Notes under the pieces: generated by a model | Seen by the model: the letters and a program-made list of their open reading frames with translations, nothing else | The model's database searches: none | Told to the model about the DNA's origin: nothing | Position numbers and translations under genes: made by a program | Part shown: positions 56,660 through 64,000 of the stretch, piece by piece | How the letters are laid out: every line of letters starts with the position of its first letter | How positions within the stretch are numbered: the first letter of the stretch is position 1 | Assembly (NCBI GenBank): GCA_963716725.1 | Contig: CAVQUB010000007.1 | Span: 32,001-96,000 of the forward strand | DNA length: 64,000 nucleotides | Source: an uncultured delta proteobacterium | GTDB taxonomy: Bacteria; Myxococcota_A; Polyangia; Polyangiales; Polyangiaceae | Direction of reading: 5' to 3'

Positions 56660-57502
56660 ATGACCGAGCCCGCCGACACCGAGCCGACTTCTGGGCGCAT
56701 GAGCCTGGTGCCGCGTCCCGTCGAAGAACCGGATATGTCGCTGCGCCTGCTCGGCTTCTTGCACCACCTGGGCATGGTGGCGGAGATGACCTGGCGCACG
56801 ACTCGCGCGCTCTTCAAGCGACCCTTCGAAGGCCGCGCGATCATCACGCAGCTCGAGTCGCTGGGCGTCAAGTCCCTGGGCATCGTGATCGTGACCAGCG
56901 TCTTCATCGGCATGGTGATGGCGGTGCAGTTTGCCTTCGGCCTGCGCAAGTTCGGCGGCATGGAGTACACCGGGCGCGTGGTCGGTCTGTCGTTTGCGCG
57001 CGAGCTTGCGCCGACCTTGACCGCCGTCATCGTCGGCGGCCGCATCGGGGCCGGCATGGCCGCCGAGGTCGGATCCATGGCCGTCACCGAGCAGATCGAC
57101 GCCCTGCGGGCCCTGGGCGCCGATCCCTACAAGAAGCTGGTGTTGCCGCGGCTGATCGCCTCAATCCTCGTGATGCCGGTCCTCGGCGCCCTCGCCCTCG
57201 TGCTCGGCTTCACGGGCGCGATGTTGATCACCGACTTTCAGTTCGGTATCCCCGCGAGCTTCTTCTTTTACAGCGCGCTGGGCACCGTCACCATGAAGGA
57301 CTTCATCAGCGGCATGCTGAAGACGCCCTTCTTCGGCGCCATCATCGCCCTGGTGGGCTGCCACTTCGGAATGATCACCCGGGGCGGAACCGCCGGGGTG
57401 GGCAACAGCACGACTCGTACCGTGGTCGTGATCTCGATCTCGATCCTGATCGCAGACTTCTTCTTGACCAAGATGAGCATCTCGCTCATGCCTCCTTTCT
57501 GA
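56660..57502 (+). CDS. mlaE: MlaE-family ABC permease
   Basis: RELAPTLTAVIVGGRIGAGMAAEVGSM.VTEQIDAL..LG.DP, GGTAGVG.STT..VV. Confidence 0.92.
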   Translation: MTEPADTEPTSGRMSLVPRPVEEPDMSLRLLGFLHHLGMVAEMTWRTTRALFKRPFEGRAIITQLESLGVKSLGIVIVTSVFIGMVMAVQFAFGLRKFGGMEYTGRVVGLSFARELAPTLTAVIVGGRIGAGMAAEVGSMAVTEQIDALRALGADPYKKLVLPRLIASILVMPVLGALALVLGFTGAMLITDFQFGIPASFFFYSALGTVTMKDFISGMLKTPFFGAIIALVGCHFGMITRGGTAGVGNSTTRTVVVISISILIADFFLTKMSISLMPPF

Positions 57503-57831
57503 TGCACCGCCCACTGCTGGCCCTGGCGCTTCTCGGCTGCACCGCCTGCGGCTCGGACCAGAGTCACCCGCCGGAGTTCGTGCCGGGCGATGCCATGGGT
57601 GCGCCGAGGTCCTGCGCCGAGGTCCGTGCTGGAGAGGTCCACAGCGGCGCCTTTTGGGTCGCCGGAGGCCCGGCGCGCTGCGGACCAACCGCCCAGGAAT
57701 GCCCCGTGTTCGACCTGCAAGCCCACGCAAACCTGTGCAAGCAGGGCGTACCCTTCGCGAGCTGCCAATCCGGCACCTGGGTCGTGCGCTGTGAGCTCGA
57801 TTCGGGCATCAGCGACGCGTCCAGCGACTGA
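57502..57831 (+). CDS. Small Cys-rich lipoprotein
   Basis: LALALLGCTAC leader; six further Cys; start overlaps the mlaE stop. Confidence 0.55.
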   Translation: MHRPLLALALLGCTACGSDQSHPPEFVPGDAMGAPRSCAEVRAGEVHSGAFWVAGGPARCGPTAQECPVFDLQAHANLCKQGVPFASCQSGTWVVRCELDSGISDASSD

Positions 57832-57849
57832 TTGTCGTCGGTGGCCGGC

Positions 57850-57877
57850 TTGACATGGGGCTCGCGCCTTCTACTCT
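57850..57877 (+). promoter_or_regulatory. Sigma70-type promoter upstream of the merR-family gene
   Basis: TTGACA, 16 bp, TACTCT. Confidence 0.55.
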
Positions 57878-57888
57878 TTCCCATTGAA

Positions 57889-58440
57889 GTGGGACGCGTG
57901 GCTCGAGCCAAGCCGATCAGGCCAACTGCGCGCCGACACGCGCCAGCTGAAGCACGCCGAAAAGACGGCCTGTTGACCACCGGGGACATGGCCCGGCTGT
58001 CGCAAAACACCCTTCGAACCGTGCGCTTCTACGAAGAGTCGGGCCTGCTCGAGCCCGATCGCCGAACTGGCGGCGGGCATCGCCTGTTCGGCATGCGCGA
58101 GCTGCGCAAGCTGCTCTTGGTCAGTGACCTCAGGGCGGCCGGGCTCGCGTTGGAGGACATCCGGGAGTTTCTCGCCCTCAAGCACCGCTGTCCCTCGGGC
58201 TCGCTTGCATCGCGGCAAGTCGTCGCGAAGCTCGAAGAACAGGTCGGCCTGATGAACACGCGCATCGCGCTGCTCAAACGGCTCGCGACGGAGCTCGACG
58301 CAGCCAGGACCCACCTGACCGCTTGCGCAATGTGTGAGGACCCGTCGGCTTTCCCGGCCTCGTGCAAGAGCTGCGACAAGCTGAAGTGCACCGGCCGAAT
58401 CCCGGACGCGCTGGGCGTGCTTTGGGACGTCGAACCCTGA
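57889..58440 (+). CDS. MerR-family transcriptional regulator with Cys-rich tail (start uncertain)
   Basis: TTGDMARLSQNTLRTVRFYEESGLL.P.RRT.GGHRLF; tail CAMC...CKSC...C. Confidence 0.88.
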   Translation: MGRVARAKPIRPTARRHAPAEARRKDGLLTTGDMARLSQNTLRTVRFYEESGLLEPDRRTGGGHRLFGMRELRKLLLVSDLRAAGLALEDIREFLALKHRCPSGSLASRQVVAKLEEQVGLMNTRIALLKRLATELDAARTHLTACAMCEDPSAFPASCKSCDKLKCTGRIPDALGVLWDVEP

Positions 58441-58441
58441 G

Positions 58442-58885
58442 GTGATTGTGGCGATTCCTCGTGTCTTCACCGTAGCCGAGGTCGACGCGTTGATCCCGCG
58501 TTTGGCCGAACTCGTGGCGGAGCAACTCCACCGCCAGAGCGTCGTCGAAGAAGGGCTGGCGGAGCTGGCCCGGGTCGCCGGGGGTTTGCCGCCCACCATC
58601 GAACCCACAGACGACGACAGCGCCGAGATCCAACGCCTCAAGCTCGAGCTCGCGCGGCGCATCAAGGACTACGACGACGGGTGGCGCGAGGTGCAAGCGC
58701 TGGGAGCCGTGGTGAAAGATCCACAGATCGGCCTGCTCGATTTCTACGGGAACGTCGACGGCAGGCTGGTTTGGCTGTGCTGGCGCTACGGCGAAGAGTC
58801 GCTGCGCTACTGGCACGATCTGCGCTCGGGCTACTCCGACCGCCAGCCGCTGCGGACCGAAGCACGCCAGCGGCTCTGGAACTGA
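58442..58885 (+). CDS. DUF2203-family protein
   Basis: FTVAEVDALIP, VKD..IGLLDF, VWLCWRYGE..LRYWH...GY..RQP. Confidence 0.85.
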   Translation: MIVAIPRVFTVAEVDALIPRLAELVAEQLHRQSVVEEGLAELARVAGGLPPTIEPTDDDSAEIQRLKLELARRIKDYDDGWREVQALGAVVKDPQIGLLDFYGNVDGRLVWLCWRYGEESLRYWHDLRSGYSDRQPLRTEARQRLWN

Positions 58886-58888
58886 GCC

Positions 58889-59464
58889 ATGGACCGCGCC
58901 GCAGCCGAACGCGCCATCGCGGACTTCCTGCGCGCCCTCGGGCGCGATCCGAGCCAAGATCCCGAGCTCCGTGAGACGCCAAAGCGCGTGGCCGAAGCCT
59001 TCGCCGACGAGCTGCTCGTGGGCTACGCCACGGATCTCGAGCTGCTCTTGCGGGAGGGATCGCCCGCGCCCAGGGACCCTGCCGGAATCGTGGTCGTTCG
59101 AGACATCGCGGTGGCCACGGTGTGCCCGCATCACCTCTTGTCGTCGCTCGGACACGCGATCGTAGCCTACCGTCCGGGGCAACGCGTGCTCGGCCTGGGC
59201 ACCATCGCGCGCCTGGTCGACGCTTGCTCCCGGCGCCTCGCGCTGCAAGAGCGCATCGGCGAGATGGTGGTCGATTCACTGGTTCGACACGGCGGGGCAC
59301 GCGGGGCCTTCTGTCGGATCACGCTGCGCCACAGCTGCCTGAGCGCACGCGGCGCGCGGCAAGCAGACGCAACCGTGAGCACGCTGGCGAGCGCGGGTGA
59401 CCTCGGCGATCCGACCTGCGCCCACGAGCTCGCACTGGCGCTGGGTGCGGGGCACGCTCCGTGA
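58889..59464 (+). CDS. folE: GTP cyclohydrolase I, divergent
   Basis: LRETPKRVA, CPHH, IAYxP-like IVAYRP, RRLALQER, HSC..ARG. Confidence 0.85.
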   Translation: MDRAAAERAIADFLRALGRDPSQDPELRETPKRVAEAFADELLVGYATDLELLLREGSPAPRDPAGIVVVRDIAVATVCPHHLLSSLGHAIVAYRPGQRVLGLGTIARLVDACSRRLALQERIGEMVVDSLVRHGGARGAFCRITLRHSCLSARGARQADATVSTLASAGDLGDPTCAHELALALGAGHAP

Positions 59465-60138
59465 CGCTGGCGCTGATCACCGGAGCAAGCCGCGGGATCG
59501 GTCGCGCCACGGCCCTCGCCCTGGCCGAGCGCGGCACCAACCTGATCCTGCTGGGTCGTCCGTCGCGCGGCCTGGACGAAACAGCCCAAATTGCCCGGCA
59601 GCGGGTCGATGTCCAAGCAGAGCACTGCGACCTCGGGGATGTCGGGGCGGTCCACGCGGCGTGCGCTCGCATCCTGGAGCGACAGACGCCCGACGTGATC
59701 GTCAACGACGCCGCGATCATCGAGCGGCTGAGCATCGAACAGACCTCCGTCGACGCCTGGGATCAGCAGCTGGCCGTGAACCTGCGCGCGCCCTTCCAGC
59801 TGGCGCGGGCCTTCTTGCCGGCGATGCGGGCACGACGAAGCGGTCGAATCGTCAACGTCGGCAGCATCTCGGCGACCATGGGCTGCGCCCACGCGGCGGC
59901 CTACGCCGCGTCGAAGTGGGGGCTCGTGGGCTTCACCAAGAGCTTGGCTGCCGAACTCAGCGACAGCGGCGTGATGACCCTGGTGGTCCTGCCGGGATCG
60001 GTGGACACCGACATGCTCGCCGGGAGCGGCTTCGCCCCTCGCATGACGGCCCGGGACGTCGCCGGGACCCTGGTCCACTACGCGCTCGATGCGTCCGTCG
60101 CCCACAACGGCGCCGTGATCGAGATGTTCGGCGTCTGA
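59461..60138 (+). CDS. Short-chain dehydrogenase/reductase
   Basis: ITGASRGIG, YAASKWG, LPGSVDTDM; GTGA overlap with folE. Confidence 0.9.
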   Translation: MTLALITGASRGIGRATALALAERGTNLILLGRPSRGLDETAQIARQRVDVQAEHCDLGDVGAVHAACARILERQTPDVIVNDAAIIERLSIEQTSVDAWDQQLAVNLRAPFQLARAFLPAMRARRSGRIVNVGSISATMGCAHAAAYAASKWGLVGFTKSLAAELSDSGVMTLVVLPGSVDTDMLAGSGFAPRMTARDVAGTLVHYALDASVAHNGAVIEMFGV

Positions 60139-60324
60139 CAAAAGGGGAAAGGGCCCGCCACACCCGCTCTCCTCCTACCGTTGCTGCCTTCCGGCCCTGG
60201 CGGGGTTCGAGGTGCGCTGTTGGCGAGCCCACACTGTGCGAACGCCGGCTTTCGTAGCGCAAGCACCTCGGCGTGTAAAGACGCTCGACAATCCACCGGG
60301 GCAGCCGCAACTTCCTGGACGGAG

Positions 60325-61086
60325 ATGAGCCACTTTCGCCCCTGGCGCGCGCTTGCGCTCGTCGTTTCTGCGGCGCTGATCGCCGGCGCTTTGCACCACG
60401 CGCGTGAGGACGCCCGATGGCTGCTGGTGCCGGCCGCGGCCCTGGTCGGGCTCGCGATCTCCTTCGGCCTGCGCGCGCTGGGCCAGCGCCGAGTGCGCCG
60501 GATGCTGGTCGAGGGTCGGGCCGAAGAGCTGCTCCAACACTGGCACGACTCGCTCGTCGCGCTCCCCCACGCGGACACCACGGTGCCGCTCCTGCACGCG
60601 ACGGCGCTGGCCGCCAGCGGTCACACGGTCCGCGCCCGCGCGGCCCTCGACCACGCAGCGCGAGGCAAGTCCTGGCCGGCAGCGCACGAGCACCGGCTCC
60701 TGATCGAGACCCTGCTGGACGCGTTCGAGGGGGAGCCCGGAGCCGCGCTCAGCAAAGCCCAGGCGCTCAGCGAACTTCCGCTCCCGGAGCTGCCGAACGA
60801 CCTTCGTGTTCGAGTCGCGCTCCTGCGTGAGTCGGTGGCTGCGGTGGCCCGCGCGTTCGCGCATCAACCCGAAGCTCGGGACGCAAACTTGCTCCGTCAG
60901 GCGGCGGGACGAAACGCGCTGATCCACTGGCCCCTGCGCTACGCCGCCGCGGTGGTGTGCATCGACCAGGGCGAAAGGGCCGCAGCGCGGGAGCTCCTGG
61001 CGGACGCCCCAGCCTGGCCGGAAGACTCCGCGTTCCGGGCGTTCCACGCGGAGCTGAGCGCTTACGCGCGGGAGCCAAGAGACTAG
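60325..61086 (+). CDS. Hypothetical membrane protein
   Basis: Two N-terminal TM segments, then a helical domain; WPEDSAF near the end. Confidence 0.6.
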   Translation: MSHFRPWRALALVVSAALIAGALHHAREDARWLLVPAAALVGLAISFGLRALGQRRVRRMLVEGRAEELLQHWHDSLVALPHADTTVPLLHATALAASGHTVRARAALDHAARGKSWPAAHEHRLLIETLLDAFEGEPGAALSKAQALSELPLPELPNDLRVRVALLRESVAAVARAFAHQPEARDANLLRQAAGRNALIHWPLRYAAAVVCIDQGERAAARELLADAPAWPEDSAFRAFHAELSAYAREPRD

Positions 61087-61104
61087 ACTAGGCTCTGCCA
61101 TCAC

Positions 61105-62583
61105 ATGGGCGACCCTGCAAAACCGTCGAAGCACGACGAGGTGCCGGACCTGGAGCTCGGTCCGCTCGTCCCGCGCACCAAGCAGCCGCAGCCGCAGCCG
61201 CAGACCCAGGCGCCGGGCGCCGCGGCGCGCCCAGCGCCCGCTCCCAGCGGCGGCGCTCCCTTCGACATGTTCAGCGGGAGCTTCGACGAGGACCACTTCG
61301 GCTCTGGCTCCTCGCTCTCCGATCACAGTGCACGCACCAAGAGCAGCGGCGCCTACGACGGAAGCTCGATGGATCTCGACGACCACGAGGAGCAGGCCAA
61401 CCTGAACCTCGAGCTCTCGTCGTACCGTCCTCCGGGCCTCGAGGGCAGCTCGGCTCCGACCGTGCCATCGGGGATGCCCGGCGCCCCTTCGGCGGCGCCC
61501 GGCGCCCCCTCCCGAGCACCCGGCGCTCCTGCCCAGACGCCCACGCAGAGCCTCGCGCCGGCGTTACCGGAGATCGATCGCAGCGCCGTGGGTTTGATCG
61601 CGCGCTACGGCCCTGCGCCCAGCGCCATCTACCTCGCTCCGCTCTACGCCTTTCGCGTGCTCTCACGTCAGCGCGAGCTGCGCACGGAGCTGCGACGCCT
61701 GAACGGCGAAGTCGCCGCGCAAGAGCGCAAGCTCGACGAGATGTTCGCTTCGCTCGCCTCTGGCATGCGCGACTCGCTCGAGGGCGACTCGCGCTTTGCC
61801 GCGAGCTACGAGCCCGTGCGTCAACTCGAGGCCATCGCCGGCGAGCGTGGCGCGGCCCTGAGCCAGACCAACGAGCAATTCAAGGCGCACAGCGACCAAC
61901 TCGAGCAGCAACTTCATTCCGTTCAGGCGCAGACCCCGCCACTCGAACAAGAGCGTGAGCGCGCCACGGCAGAGGTCACGGAACGCGAAGCCGCGCTGTC
62001 GCGGGTCGCTGCCAAGCAGAAGCGCTTCATGATCGAGGCGCGCTCGATCAAGATGAACGCGCAGCAGGGCGCTGCTCCAAACGCGCCGCTCTCGCCGGAA
62101 ACCACCGCGCAGATCCAAGCTCTCGAGACCCAAGCCGGAGCGCTTCAACCGGAGGTCGAGCAACTCCAGCAAGAGTTGGCGCAAGCCCAAACCGCGCTCC
62201 AAGACGTGCGCGGTCAGCTGGGCGTCCTCGGACAGCACACGCGGCGCATTCAGGAGCAGCAGAAGGCCCTCGCTCGACAATTCCAAGGTCAACTCAGCGC
62301 CGCATCGGCAGGCGTCAACGAGGCGGAGCGCGAGCTCACCGGCGCCCTCGCGCTGATCGGCCGAGGCGTGCTGGCGCAGAGCGAAGGCCTGGGCCTCGAC
62401 TCGACCACGGTCACGGCCATTCGCACCGGAGACATCAACCTGCAACGTCTGGCAGAATCCAACGCGCTGCATCTCGCCGCGCTCGACGCCTACGACCGAG
62501 AGGTCGTCCAGAAGGGCTACCTGATCGCGGGCGGCCTGGTTGGCGCCGTGCTGCTCGCCATCGTTCTGGTGATCGTGCTCTGA
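61105..62583 (+). CDS. Coiled-coil protein with Pro-rich N-terminus and C-terminal TM anchor
   Basis: Low-complexity N-terminus, long Gln/Glu heptad region, terminal GYLIAGGLVGAVLLAIVLVIVL. Confidence 0.75.
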   Translation: MGDPAKPSKHDEVPDLELGPLVPRTKQPQPQPQTQAPGAAARPAPAPSGGAPFDMFSGSFDEDHFGSGSSLSDHSARTKSSGAYDGSSMDLDDHEEQANLNLELSSYRPPGLEGSSAPTVPSGMPGAPSAAPGAPSRAPGAPAQTPTQSLAPALPEIDRSAVGLIARYGPAPSAIYLAPLYAFRVLSRQRELRTELRRLNGEVAAQERKLDEMFASLASGMRDSLEGDSRFAASYEPVRQLEAIAGERGAALSQTNEQFKAHSDQLEQQLHSVQAQTPPLEQERERATAEVTEREAALSRVAAKQKRFMIEARSIKMNAQQGAAPNAPLSPETTAQIQALETQAGALQPEVEQLQQELAQAQTALQDVRGQLGVLGQHTRRIQEQQKALARQFQGQLSAASAGVNEAERELTGALALIGRGVLAQSEGLGLDSTTVTAIRTGDINLQRLAESNALHLAALDAYDREVVQKGYLIAGGLVGAVLLAIVLVIVL

Positions 62584-62589
62584 CTCGGA

Positions 62590-64000
<1,411 letters not shown>

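Overview
This very GC-rich bacterial window looks like two unrelated genomes joined at about 42,740. Left part (1-42,740; Planctomycetota-like by gene content, inference): lepB, an exported prenyltransferase/squalene-cyclase-repeat protein, an iodotyrosine-deiodinase-like nitroreductase, a class II photolyase, an lpxB-ECF sigma-anti-sigma-ybjQ string, an ABC-2 exporter, a 3-hydroxyproline catabolic trio, trkA plus a decayed mini-trkH plus trkH, two tandem exported HExxH peptidases, a groEL-groEL-dnaJ-grpE-fmdB operon with no groES behind a sigma54-type promoter, a diguanylate cyclase, rpsB-tsf-pyrH-frr, two tRNA-Lys and the 3' end of pepP. Right part (42,740-64,000; Myxococcota-like, inference): the 3' end of aspS, a compact atypical chemosensory cluster, rimI-pyrK-pyrD, lipoproteins, a metallophosphoesterase, cysS, rhomboid, mlaE, merR-DUF2203-folE-SDR and a partial acyl-CoA carboxylase beta subunit. 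Many genes, including essential ones, are broken by 1-nt indels in patches, most likely uncorrected long-read error, so gene bounds there are reconstructed across frames. I saw no CRISPR array, rRNA, transposase or integrase. All calls come from motif recognition by eye; no searches were run.
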